The notes under the pieces are model-generated. The model did not search any database. It worked only from the letters and a program-made list of their open reading frames with translations, and had not been told where the DNA came from. The translations under genes were made by a program, and so were the position numbers. A DNA stretch of 64,000 bases from Neophaeotheca triangularis. Taxonomy: Eukaryota. The stretch lies in contig BAAIJX010000003.1 in the NCBI GenBank assembly GCA_054600435.1, positions 248,001 through 312,000 of the forward strand, in the 5' to 3' direction. Of the stretch, positions 23,501 through 35,898 are shown one piece after another. How positions within the stretch are numbered: position 1 is the stretch's first letter; the number at the start of each line of letters is the position of its first letter.

Positions 23501-24714
23501 CCTCATCTCCTCGTCTCCGCACGCGAGAACAGGGGGCAAGACCACGGCAGACCCTCGTGGTGGCGCCAAGAGCCCGGCGAGACTCGATCCGGGAAAGCAA
23601 CTACGGAAGCGTGTCATAATTCTTGACTGCTGGACCACCTGCAGCACCTACCTACGAATGCGACTGCATCTCTCTCCGCTGCGACTACTCTACCACTCAT
23701 CACCCTCACACACCACCACCACTACTCCACCACTCCTTCATCACCATAGACGGCGCTTCTTGGATTCTCTTGCTTGGGTATAGATTAGGCCGTACTGCTG
23801 GGAGTTTGGATTGATTGATAGGTACGCTCTCACCTTGCTTTTCCCGCCTGGCAAGCTCTCGCGCCACGCGATGCGCCTCCTTTTCGACCGCTATCGCAGG
23901 TGTTGCGAGTGGCGCTCACACTTCAGATGCAAGACTGACACACAAGATGCTTCCTCTACAGACAGATACAATCATACACAAGACGCTTTACCATAACTGT
24001 CAAGAATAATCAATACTTACTGCCCGTCATATACCACAAGTACGCATGTCCCTTCCAACTCTCTTCCACCTAGTATTTGTGATACTGATCTAAACTTCTG
24101 CAGCATCTGCACGCCATATACCTCATAGAACTTGCGCGCTGCGCTTAATACGAGGAATCGATTTTTGGTATGTATAACTGTCTCTTTGTCTGTATGTTCT
24201 CTTCACACGATGCGGTTGTGGCCGTTGTAACTCTTAGTAAAGAGCTATTATCACGGAGAACGACAAACTTGCGTGCGACATGAGAGGCCACTAGCGATAT
24301 GTCGAGCACGAAGCATTGCGAGAAAGATTTCTTATTTCTCCGAGAGAGATTTCTGTCGTCTCTGGATCAACCCTCGCGCTCAGTCGGGATTCAGACGGAG
24401 ACACCTACGAGGGCCCAATGAACAACATGAATGAGACTAGCCCAAGGACCGCCTTCACGTCTTATAATGGACTATATCAGCCGAACTGCATCGCATGACA
24501 TTGGACTGGTTGGACTCTCCTCCTCTTGCAGCCACTTTTCCAGGGAAGCTGGAGCTGTTGTAACGAACGACTGTGGTGGAACGGGGCGGCGAAAGGACCG
24601 CAAGAATATACCATTTGCCTCAAAGTGAAGGACGTGAAGTCGAGCTGTAGACGCATTGCGCATGCTGGCTCCGCTACACAGCGCTCTGGCAAAGACTCGA
24701 CTTTTACGGTATTT

Positions 24715-24864
24715 TGTGTACAGCATCGGCAACCCGCTCTACAATGCAGCACTCTCGCAGAGTCTGGACAACCACGGTCTGGTCTGTGCAGCATCGGCAA
24801 CCCGCTCTGCAATGCAGCACTCTCGCAGAGTCTGGACAATCACGGCCTGGTCTGTGCAGCATCG
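24715..24864. repeat. 68-bp direct tandem duplication (2 copies plus partial)
   Basis: cagcatcggcaacccgctct(a/g)caatgcagcactctcgcagagtctggacaa(c/t)cacgg(t/c)ctggtctgtg at 24721 and 24789. Confidence 0.9.
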
Positions 24865-26171
24865 CGCAAAGGCCCGACAGCTCTGCCTGGTGTATGTAGC
24901 ATCGAAAGCCCGACCGCCTTGCTATCCACCCTGTACTGGCAATTGTGACAGTGCGTTCTTGTTGCAATCCTGGATCTTTCGCGCATAGCCATATCGCTAC
25001 GAGAAAACTGCGATCGATCTCGTGCGCTTTAAGAGCGTTCTGTCAGTCGAGGGCGGGGCCAGAACGTACCTTCAAGCTCAGCTAGAACGCTCAGCGATGA
25101 CAAGAGAGGTTACGTGGTCCTTTGATGTGAACCTCGTGCATGTCTAAGCGCGAAGCTGGCCGCATCTTCTGGCAGGTCTCGCCGGATCTTGCTGTCGTCT
25201 ACGAAAGTCATCGATCAGATCTACTACTAGCCTTTCGCGCTGCTGGCATCGCCATCGATTTCGCATTTGGGGCAGACCTCAGCTCGGCTAGTCGGTCGTC
25301 GAGACTTTGGAGTTCTTTCTGGAGCTCGTCTCCGCCCGACAATGCCGATCCCAGAAGGTGGCTCTGATCTTGACCCGCTTTACCGTTGGACTCAGCCAGA
25401 GCCATGCAGTCCATTTTGTTAATCAATGCATTGGAATGCTGCTTACGACGTCCCCGGAATTTTCTCGGCTTGAAGGAGGCACAGCCTCGAAATCTCATTT
25501 TGGCGTTCTCGGCAAACGGAAGTGCAGTTGAGTTGCTGCTCATCGCTCGCCTTTGCTCATCCAAGGGGGACGGCACGATCCTAGCAATTGCTACTGACTG
25601 CGCCGTGGCCAGTATACTTCGTGAGCGGCTGTGTTCTTGAAGAGGCATTCTCACCGCCAAAACCGTGCAATGAGCGGCTCCTGGATTGAAAGACGTACCG
25701 TAGAGGCGCTGTTTCTCTCGATGCATTCTCCCTTGGTCACCGCGAGCCAGGAGGCAGGGAAAATTGTTCCTTCCGCCGCTGAATGCACCTTTACCACACC
25801 TCGTAAACGATCAGCAATGGCGGATCGCTCTCATGTCGATTAAATTGGAGGGCGCCTGCCTTGCGGACCAAAAGAAGTTTCTTCTTGCTACTGACGCTGG
25901 AAACGCTCACTTCTGCCGGCGCTTGTCTACGGCTCTGATTTCTGGGTACTTAGACTGGAGTGCACGTTCTTGCCATTATCTTCTTGGATCTATTTGAGAG
26001 CGAATATGAAGATCTAACGCTGACAGCATATGTAGAGTATCTTTTGCGAGAGGATTGCGGACCTCTAGACCGCAGAAGACACTTAACAAGCGACACCTTA
26101 TCGTAAGTACCTGACTCGTCGGCATTTTATCCGAATTTCGTTTTCTGCTGACACGTTACAGCAATTTCGAG

Positions 26172-29100
26172 ATGATGCGCAGAGCTACACCAGACTCCGA
26201 GGCGCTCGCATCCTCAGAAGATGAGCGCCCCTGGCCATCGTCGTCGTTTGGCAGCTTGCCCAGACGGCGAGAAAGCGCTGTCCCAGGCTTGGGCGGCATC
26301 TGGGCTGCCCAGTCTCGTCCAGACTTTGCACCCTCCCACCGACTATCTGCAAGAGCTTCTACCGTCCGCAGTGTGGCCACACCATCGCCAGTCGCGAGTG
26401 ATAGCTCCGCCGCCAACCTACCTTTCTCAATACCCCTCCAACCCACAGCAAAAGCTGGCAGATCGCTATCCCACTCCCAAGGCCAGCGCGATCCGGCCGA
26501 TGTTCAAAATGCGCCCAACGAACATGCGCCAGTCCTGCCTTTGGGGCTGTTGGCTGAGGAGGTCGACACTGATCCGGATTCGGATTCTATCGAGGGCGAG
26601 CGGTTGACCCAGACAACTTCCCATCCTCCTATAGGCGCTCTCCAGCGCTCATACACCTATTCTACGCCTTACCACGAGATGTACGATAGCAATGGTCGCA
26701 ATGGCGGTTATGACTCACATCAAGATGCGGGGGATCGGTATAACGGTAACGGCGTCGGAGGACTTCACGGTAAGATGAGCCTTTCCCCTGTACAAAGATC
26801 GGAAAGGGCAAGCAAACAATACGTGTAGAAACTCTGTGACCCCTAACTCACTGTCACCGCAATCTTGCTCGCAATGCTTGTGATCTGCATCGACTTACAC
26901 ACCATTTACAGATCATCCTGCTCGTCGTACGCTTTGGCAAAGCTCCCTTGGGTGGGATGATATGCCAACGATAAACGAATCTCGCCGACACTCCCTAGCA
27001 GACATACCGACACGAAGGGGATCCCTCGCTGGCGCCGACCATCACTACAGTGACGCCAACGGCGGAGCACGTGTGCACCGATCCAGTCACGCCGCGGACA
27101 TGCATGGTGAGTTATATTTCCAGTCTTGTTTGCTCTATCGCTGTTGTCACCCACGTACCATCTCTCTGCCCTACCAGATCCGATCTCAGGGGTACAAGGC
27201 GTTCGCCCTCCTTCTTCTGCCTTACCACTTCTTCCACCATCCACCATCCTCTCAAATCACCTGACACACTCTTTTCGACACTGTCTTGCCTGCTTTGCTT
27301 GATCGCGGAAAAGGTATACGGGTCCCCATCACACGCACAGCTCCACCCTTCTCGCTGCCACTTCCTATCACTGACCCCCACACGAACAACACACCCTGCA
27401 TCCCCCGATCCCTCAGCAACGTGCTTGTGCTGTCCGTTCGGGTAATGGGGCATTTTGCTTGCTGTTTCTCCGGTCCGATCCACTTTCCCGCTGCTCTCTC
27501 AACGATCTCAACCACCCCCATTGCTTTTGCACAAACTCCCACTTCCAGCCCTCTTCGACCCTGCTCACTCCACACCCCTCAACCTTCCTTCAAGACCATC
27601 GATCTTCCCTAAGGCAAGCGCTGTCGACGATCATAGTCCTGGTTCCGCTACTTGTTTGCACACGCTTGGGGTTGTGCTGGCGCCAGCGACCGTCGACGTT
27701 GACAGCACGCCATTGATCCCGTTCTTGTTAACACCGCGCGACCAACCTCCTTTCCCCCTGCCCCAGCCGCTTATTCCACCCTCTCTCCGCCTTACCCGTC
27801 TTCTCTCTTTTATCACCCACTCACATACCTTGCTACAACACATCTCAAACACCCTACCACCGCGACTATTGGCGACAGCGTTGCTGGTCCTGCAGCGTCC
27901 AGATTGTCACAAGCTGGAGGCTTGCGGCCCTGACGCCACGTCATCGGTCTGGTGCATTCATTCTCAACTTTCCACTTGCACACTTACCACTCCACCTCCA
28001 CCACCTCCACCTCCACCTTTCTTCATACAACATCCACTCTACTACACCAAAAACAACCCCAGCAACCATACACCCTTGATAAACGTACAACAGTGCGTTG
28101 TTGAGGGTGCAAACGCCAACCTCGAGTTTTTCTGTTAGTACCTCACTTGCATTGCACTGCGGCCGCAAACAATCCCACTCTACCCAGGCCTAGCACCCCT
28201 TCCCCTATCATTGCACTTTAAAAACGCACGATTACCACAACCGCACCCTTTCTACCCTACTACCCCCTATCATCTTTCCTCGAACATACCCCCTTTCCCT
28301 GCCTCCATATCCATTCGATAACACGAATCACTTGCCATTCACATGCACCGTTCGCACGTGGTCTCGACCATGACGTCGTTGTCAACGCAACCTTCTGACT
28401 GACATAACATCTAGGCTTCGACCATTCCCCTGCTTACACCAACACGACAGACCCCAACGATCTCAACGAAGCAATGCACCGCGCCACGATCGGCGGTCGC
28501 GGAGGACGCTCTCACAGAGATGTAAGTCTTATATCTGCCTCTCGACCGGATTTCAGAGCCTTTTACCAACAGTTGCTGACAATCAGCAGCCGCAGCCTCC
28601 CCACAACACGTATGTCCCTCCAGGGGCGCGTAACGACTCCTTCATGCGCGGCCACACGGACAACCGCAGCCTCCTCTACATTGTTCAGTTCAAGTGTGCC
28701 CGTGCTGAACCATTCTACACGCTGCCCAACACAGGTCTCGACATCAAGCCAGGCGACAACGTGATTGTCGAGGCGGACCGCGGACAGGATCTCGGATACG
28801 TCACGCACGCTCGAGTCACCCACGATGAAGCTAAGATCGAGTTGCGCGCATTGTCGGAAGAGCAGTACAAGTGGCTAATGATGTTCTCGGGAAACAACGC
28901 GGCCGGTCGCAACAACCCAAACGGTGGCAATCTTGGCATGGCCATGCCTGACACCTACAATAATTTCGGGACCACACACATGCCGCGTCCCCCTCGCTCG
29001 TCTTTCGAAAACCTCCGCCCTCGCGCTATCAAACGGATGGCGTCCCCGCACGAGGTCGAGATGCTTAAAGACAAGGAGGGGAACGAGGCCAAAGCCAAGC

Positions 29101-30246
29101 GTACATGCACGCAGAAGGCACAGTCGTTGCATTTGGATATGGAGATTCTCGATGCGGAGTTTCAGTGGTAAGTAGACGCTCGAGGACACATTGACAGGCT
29201 GGCAGACCGCTGACTTTTGATTCAGGGACTTCCAGAAGTTGATTTTCTATTACTATGCCGACCATTACATCAACTTCAAGGACCTGATCACGGAGCTGTA
29301 CAAGATCTATAAGTGCCGTTTGTGGTTCTCGGCGGTCAATCCTGCGTCGTTCTCCCAAAACGCAATGGGCGAGCCTCCCAGTGGGATGGGTCCTGGTGCA
29401 ATCACCGGCCAAGCCAATGGCAACGGTACTGGCGCCAACGGCGGTTACAATGGTGGCAACGAGGTGAACAACAACTACGACATGGCCTACGGTGCCGACC
29501 CTGACCCCTACGGCGCTGTTCCTCCTTACCGCATCAGAGGATATGTGAACCCCACAAACCCTGAAGGTCAAGGCCCCTCTTCTCACCCTTCGCTAACGAC
29601 GAGTCCATACGGTGGCTTCCGCATCAATCCTGCAGGCTATGTTGCGCCCCACGCTCACATGCCGCCAGGAACCTACCCCGCCCCGTTCCAGACGCAGCCC
29701 GCAACCCCTGCGCCTACCGTCAACCACCTTCCAGGCATCGGTTTCAGCGCTGCTCCGTCTCCCATGACACAGACGCGCACTCCCTACAGTGGCTACAACG
29801 GCTACACCAGCCCCGGCGGTGCGAGCGGCCCTGCCCAGCCCGCGGCGTACACCAACACGTCCACGAGCAACTTGACTTCTGCCTACCCACAGTCCGGTTA
29901 CCCAGTCTTCGGCCAGGCTGCCGCTGCCCCAACACGTTCGTCAGCGTTCAACAACAACAACAATAATAACTATCTCGGACCAATGGGTGCTTTCAGTGGC
30001 CGCAGACTGTCGACGCAGGCTCCAATCGGCACACGTGCTCCAGCCACCGACAGCAATCGTCACACAGGCTTGGACACTTTCGGCAAAAACGGCGGACTCC
30101 CTGCTCGTTCCGGTCCAGCTGCCTCTGAATTCGTTCCAGGCGTCGTCAACGCTTTCGGTCCGGCCTCCATGTCCCCAGACTTTCACCCTCCGACCATGAG
30201 CAAGAAAAAGGACTCAGCTGCCTCCAACGGCGACGTGAACAACTGA
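26172..30246 (+). CDS. PSP1 C-terminal-domain protein; exons ~26172-26769, 26912-27106, 28415-28521, 28587-29167, 29227-30246
   Basis: LYIVQFKCARAE, VIVEADRGQDLG, IKRMASPHEVEMLKDKEGNEAKAKR, MEILDAEFQWDFQKLIFYYYADHYINFKDLITELYKIYK are PSP1-family motifs. Canonical GTRAG donors and YAG acceptors keep the frame. Confidence 0.85.
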
Positions 30247-31530
30247 CTTCTGTTCAATCACGACGCTCAGCAACCACAACACTTTCACGACTACGACCGT
30301 GATTGAGCCTCTCAGGCCTCGATCACGATACGAATATAACGACAGACTGCGGACAAGGAGTTGAAAGGTATTTCTTTCACTTGGGAGTTCAAAAGGACAC
30401 ACGGAACATCACGTGAGGCACTGGGAGGCTCTTTGGGTATAAGTTCGGCTGGCACTAACCACCAGCCGGGAAAGCTCTGCCTTTTGGGTAGCGGCGAGTA
30501 CAGCTTAGATACTTAAGATAGCCTGCCGGATTAATGATTAACGAAATTGCAGTTTCTTTTGTTCTGTGACAGTGACACATTAAATACATTGTAGATGCAG
30601 CGCACAAGGACAGTACTCGCTGGTCTCTGTTGAAACACATGTAAGTCGGACTTTCGCAGTTGGAGCTTTGACAGAAATCTATCCAACCGGATCCGAGAGC
30701 CTTTCTCATCCCTCACCACCAGCTTTTCACACGAGGAACGCAACACAGTACGGTGCTGCATCCGAGACGCATGCTTACTTACCAACTCGCTCCATATCAT
30801 CCCCCTCCCCTTGAGTGTCCGACACAGCAATCTGCCTATTACATGCCTGCAGCTCTCCCTCGGAGCCCGCTGCTCCGGCTCCTCCCTCCTCATACGCAGA
30901 TACTGGAAAATGACTGGAAAATGACTGGCGAAAGGGGGGGAAAAAAAAAAGCAAGCCACAAACCCAGCACAGTACGCGACAACAGCCAACACGTTCACCC
31001 TCACGCCAAGCTGCCAGGAGTTGTACAGACACAGCGAGGAAATGACGATCTCGTTGGAGACCGCGAGAGCGGAGAGGAGGTCTGGTGGCTCATTATAACT
31101 ATAGATATGGAAATCTGGCACACGAGGCTTCAGCCCCGTGATGGTAGAGATTGAATTCGAGTTTGTGTACGTGCCATGCTCTGTGCCAGGTTTTGGTGCC
31201 ACTGGATCGATCGTCGCACCTCTCGGGGCTGTAATGCGAGCCAAGATGTTACAACGTAGCGCCGAACGACGTCTTTGCACTCGTTCAGGCTGGGGATATA
31301 GGGTATGATAGTCCATGTCCGATGTGTTGAAGGCGTGGGTAGTCGGCTGCAGTCAGCTCAGTCAGCTGACCGCAAGCTATGCAGGCAAGACAGGCCATAA
31401 GCTGCGCATGAAAGCGTGGAGGTATCCACAGTAGCTCATGTAAAATTGCTTAAAGCATGCCATCCGCCTACAGCTGGCAGTCACCCCATCACAACTAAAA
31501 AGCAGTTCACAACTAAAACGGCCTTTAAAG

Positions 31531-32645
31531 ATGTCCCCTTCACTCCAAGAAAAACTCCCCTGGACCACCAGCCCCCTCATCATCAACGCCCCCGTAAGCC
31601 CCTAGCTCCCCTCCTCCCACTCCAACACCCCTCCCTCCCTTTCCCCCTAACACCCAATCCCCCCTTCCAGATGGCCTTCTGGGCCACATCGCCCCTAGCG
31701 ACCACGGTAACCCTGGCGGGCGGTCTCGGCCTCCTGGGCAGCGCCTTCGACATGCGCGCCCTGGACCACGAACTCCGTCTCGCCAACTCGACCCTCTCGC
31801 GCACCCCCTCGGGCAAGCTCCCGCTCGGCGTAGGCCTACTGCCAATCTTCACCACCCTACCCGCCGCCCTCGCCGTCTTGGAACCCCACCAGCCCGTAGT
31901 GGTGTGGCTCTTCGCCGCGGCAGAACTCGCAGATTACGCCGACTGGGCGCGCCGCATCCGAGACATGTGTCCCGGCACGCTGGTGTTTGTGCAGATCGGG
32001 AGCGTGGCCGCGGCTTTGGAGGTCGTGCGCTTGTGCCAGCCGGACGCGGTGTGTTTGCAGGGTTCGGACGCGGGAGGACATGGGTTTGAAAAGGGCGCGA
32101 GCGTGGTGGCGTTGGTGCCGGAAGTTGTGGATGTTTTGGCGAGAGAGGGGTATGCAGGCGTGGCTGTTTTGGCGGCGGGGGGGATTGTGGATGGCAGGGG
32201 GGTTGCGGCGGCGTTGGTATTGGGCGCTGAGGGGGTGGTTATGGGGACGAGGTTTTTGGCTGCTGAGGAGGCGGTTGTGATGCAGGGGTATAGGGAGGCG
32301 GTTTTGGGGGCGTGGGATGGAGGCAATAGCACGGTGAGGAGTCGGGTTTTTGATGAGTTGAGTGGGCCGTCGGCTTGGCCGGGGGTTTATGATGGGAGGG
32401 CGTTGGTTTCGCGGAGTGTGAAGGATTTTGAGAGAGGGGTGGGGATTGAAGAGGTTAGAAGGTTGCATGCTGAGGCTGTGGAGCGGGAGAACAAGGGGTT
32501 TGAGGTTGATGGTGAGGGAAGGGCGGCGGTTTGGGCGGGTACGGGGGTTGGGTTGGTGAAGAGGGTGCAGTCTGCGAGGGAGATTGTTGAGGAAGTAAGG
32601 ATGGATGCCGTCGCGGCGATTGAGCGCGCTAAGAGTAGACTGTGA
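31531..32645 (+). CDS. Nitronate monooxygenase / 2-nitropropane dioxygenase-like FMN enzyme; exons 31531-31593, 31671-32645
   Basis: Spliced PLIINAP|MA; AGGLGLLG; LQGSDAGGHG; LAAGGIVDGRGVAAALVLGAEGVVMGTRF; WAGTGVGLV; ends -SRL. Confidence 0.92.
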
Positions 32646-32854
32646 GGCTGGATGGGCTTTGTTAGGTCGGTCTATGCCGGAGGTCTTTATGATTTAGTCC
32701 GTAGAGAGAAAGTTTTGAAAAATATGTACTGGCATTTTCGCGTGTCAATATCCATAATCGTGATGAAACAACGGCAGTGCACGCCCAGGGGGTATATGAA
32801 AACAAACACTTGAACCAAACTCCGAAAACGCACTCGCCACTTCCATCTGCAGCT

Positions 32855-34579
32855 CTACTCCTGCCACGGTAGCTCACTCCCATCCAGCCGCGTGCACGTC
32901 AAGTAGCCCAAGCCGCCACCGCCTCCAAAAGCACTCAAATCCAACTCTAGAAAGTTTCGCATCAGCGGCCTTACAGCTTCGCGAGCAAGATCCTTCACTT
33001 CGTCCATTCGACGCTCAAAGCGCCGTAGATTGTCCCTCGTGTACAGATCCGGCTGTAGCTTGAGGAAGCGTTTAAGCTCTTCGTGGGAAAGGTAGGGGGA
33101 TGTAGAAGATGACGTTGGCGGAGACCCTAGCAAGCGGTAGACGCGTCCGGTATTGAGCGGTGGTTGTTGCTGTGGTGGTGGTGGTGGTGGTGGCGGCGCA
33201 GCAGCAGAGGGCGCCCGTTGCGAGGCGATGTTATTTGTGCTACTGCTTGCTCTGCTGGAGATGCGGTGACTCCCTCCTGCCGCTGCGGTAGAAGAGCCAT
33301 TGCCTGGTCGGGAGGTGTCCTTGAGAATGGGCGTAGGAGCTGGTGTGGTGTTCTCCGCAACCCACTGTCGAAACAGACTCATTGCTAGCCAGCTGAGGTA
33401 GTCGTTACTGGGCGTTATCCGCTCGCCTCGACTTGTTGTCAGCGTAAGTCGCCAGAGCTTGGACTCTACACGCTGCTTCATCTCGTCAAGATCTTCGACC
33501 TTGTCCTCGATAAGATCCATGACTATCTCGTCAATCTGGCCGTTGCGAAGTTGAGGTGATGCGAGCGGCCATTGACCCACAACGTGAATCATTGCCTCTG
33601 TGAAGATGGTACGCGAACGCGCAAGGTAGCCCAGTTTAAGATAGCTCGGTGGATATTTTGCAATCTGTTTGAAGAGCCTGGCGCCAAACCGGAGGAGATG
33701 GTGATCTACTCGGGTACCCACGATGTCCAACGCATCGTACATGTCTGCTAGATGCAAGAGGGCTTTGCACTCGGTATACGCTGTGGCTATATTCAAAGTA
33801 TCGAGGATAGGCGGATACTGATACATCGTTCGTAGCAAGTTGTCGTAATCCTTGAGCACTTCGTCACCAGATTCGGATGGGGCTGCCGTTGCTTGTGGCC
33901 GATCGTTCAGACTCAGCGCAGAAAAGTTCGTCACACTTCTAAAGAAGTTCTCAGACGATGTAGGCGGTTTGTTGCGAACCGGCGGTCTATCGGATTGGCC
34001 ATCGCCAAACAGGGAAGCTGGGCTGGAGTCCTTTTGCACAAGCATAGGTGTTTCATCGGGATCTGCGCCACGCCAGTCGAGCGCATATCTCCACTTCCTC
34101 TTTCCACCCTGCTCGTGCGATGACCTGCCGTCCATGCTGCTGGTTCTTGAGCTCCCTGCCCCAACCTGACTGCCGCCATCTTCCTCTATCCTAGACAGCC
34201 CATTGCCTGCCTCTATCCGCCCACGACTCCACGCGTCTCGAGTACCCGCCTCGAAGAAACCGCTACATTGACTCAAGATGAGCCTATGCAAAAGATACCG
34301 CTGCTCCCTCTTCCCGCTTGGTGTAGCGAGGACAATCTCCACATCGCCAGTATGGAAGAAGACGGGGAACTCGTTCTGTGGTAGGTGGTTGGAGCTGGAG
34401 CCGCCATTATGAGAGCGCGCGTGACGATGTCGTCGCGTATGTGAACGTCCAGAGGTCACTGAAGCCGCGCGTGTAGCTGGCGCGGTGGCTACGCTGGCTG
34501 TTGTAGGAGGTAGGTGGAGGGAAGAGGCGTGCAGGGGTTGGTGAAGGGCGTGGTGAGAGACCATCGGGGTGGATGGCAT
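32855..34579 (-). CDS. Fungal protein with BTB/POZ-like N-terminal motif
   Basis: 574-aa ORF with GDVEIVL...YLLHRLILSQCSGFFEA (BTB-like) and LLHLADMYDAL helical region. Confidence 0.75.
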   Translation of the reverse strand: MPSTPMVSHHALHQPLHASSLHLPPTTASVATAPATRAASVTSGRSHTRRHRHARSHNGGSSSNHLPQNEFPVFFHTGDVEIVLATPSGKREQRYLLHRLILSQCSGFFEAGTRDAWSRGRIEAGNGLSRIEEDGGSQVGAGSSRTSSMDGRSSHEQGGKRKWRYALDWRGADPDETPMLVQKDSSPASLFGDGQSDRPPVRNKPPTSSENFFRSVTNFSALSLNDRPQATAAPSESGDEVLKDYDNLLRTMYQYPPILDTLNIATAYTECKALLHLADMYDALDIVGTRVDHHLLRFGARLFKQIAKYPPSYLKLGYLARSRTIFTEAMIHVVGQWPLASPQLRNGQIDEIVMDLIEDKVEDLDEMKQRVESKLWRLTLTTSRGERITPSNDYLSWLAMSLFRQWVAENTTPAPTPILKDTSRPGNGSSTAAAGGSHRISSRASSSTNNIASQRAPSAAAPPPPPPPPQQQPPLNTGRVYRLLGSPPTSSSTSPYLSHEELKRFLKLQPDLYTRDNLRRFERRMDEVKDLAREAVRPLMRNFLELDLSAFGGGGGLGYLTCTRLDGSELPWQE

Positions 34580-34744
34580 GGACAGATGCCTTGTCTGGTT
34601 ATGTATGGTTGGAAAGAGTGGCCTCGAAGAGTATTACGCTGTCGTCTCATTCCCGTCCCTAGTTGTAGGTTCGTTCTGTGTGCCGTTTCGTGGCCTGCGA
34701 CTTATATGCGCATGTTGTTATTGTTTATGCTCCAAGTGTCGCGC

Positions 34745-34791
<47 letters not shown>
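34745..34791. repeat. Compound (TG)n(AG)n microsatellite
   Basis: tgtgtgtg...gagagagag visible directly, upstream of the BTB-like gene. Confidence 0.9.
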
Positions 34792-35089
34792 CGGACAGTA
34801 AGACGGCCTGTAGTCTCTGTTCACGTTCTCACCTCACAGCCAGTCGAGACATGGCAAGACGAAACAGTCTCAGACGTCGGATCATCACAGAAGACCTTCA
34901 CATTGAGAGGAGAGGGATGGGGGGTGGGTGGGTGGTATGGTGACTTCTGCGCGGTGCGTGTGGTGGCGGTGCTGAAGGAGACTTTGATTGGGTGAGGGGC
35001 TGCCATCAGAAGACACTCTCGACTACTGCACACATCACACACATCCATGGATAAGGCACCGTATGTACAGTAGGGTACCTCCCATACAT

Positions 35090-35093
<4 letters not shown>

Positions 35094-35132
<39 letters not shown>

Positions 35133-35140
35133 CACACACA
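35094..35140. repeat. (CA)n microsatellite
   Basis: About 23 CA units with one interruption. Confidence 0.92.
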
Positions 35141-35898
35141 TCTGCATCATGCAGCATGCAGCATGCTTGTAACACCCATATTGACGCCGTCTCTCGCTGT
35201 CGGCGCCGCTGTAGCCTCGCGATCTCACGCAGCAGATGTACAGTAAGCAATAAAAGAAAGAGATAGGCCGCTGGCCCCCCTTATACCATATTCCCCTCCT
35301 ACCGTTATTTGAGGACGCTTAGGTTCCGTTTCTCTCTTCTGTTCTCACTCTCCTCAGCAACATTGCCAAACACAGTCACTTAATGATTCGAATCGACAAC
35401 TTCTTGTAAAAGTCTTCCAGCCACTGCACCCTATCAGAAGCAGACGTTCACACCCGGATTCTAACAATGAAGAGTGCCCTTGTTCTCCAAGAAGGCTCCT
35501 TCCGCCATCCATACGGCTCAGCCATGTCTGTTTCCTTTCCTCATCTTCCAGCGAGACTCTGGGAATCAACCTTCAACGGACTTTACTTGCCAGACCTCTC
35601 TTCGGTAGCATTACTATGACATTGCCCGATGACTGCTCAGAATCGCTCGAGGACGTCCTCCTAAGTAGGGCGGTCCCATCGCATATTGCGCTTCGGAGTT
35701 GTGGTGACAAGCCGTGGGCTAGATGAAATGATCTATGTTTGCTGCTCGCTCATCGACTGTTGTCAAGGTAGTCCAGTCCAAACCTTGGGTGGAATCTGCA
35801 AGGGAAATTACATTCCACAGCCACTGTTGATCCCTCCGACATCATCTTCGGTCTCTCCAACAGCGGTAACGTCGCCTCCCAGAAATCCCGCACCAAAC

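Noticed and set aside
30531..31316. 261-aa minus-strand ORF (MDYHTLYPQPER...)
   Set aside because: No recognisable domain, crosses a poly-T/low-complexity tract, and no unambiguous splice model. A small real gene is not excluded.
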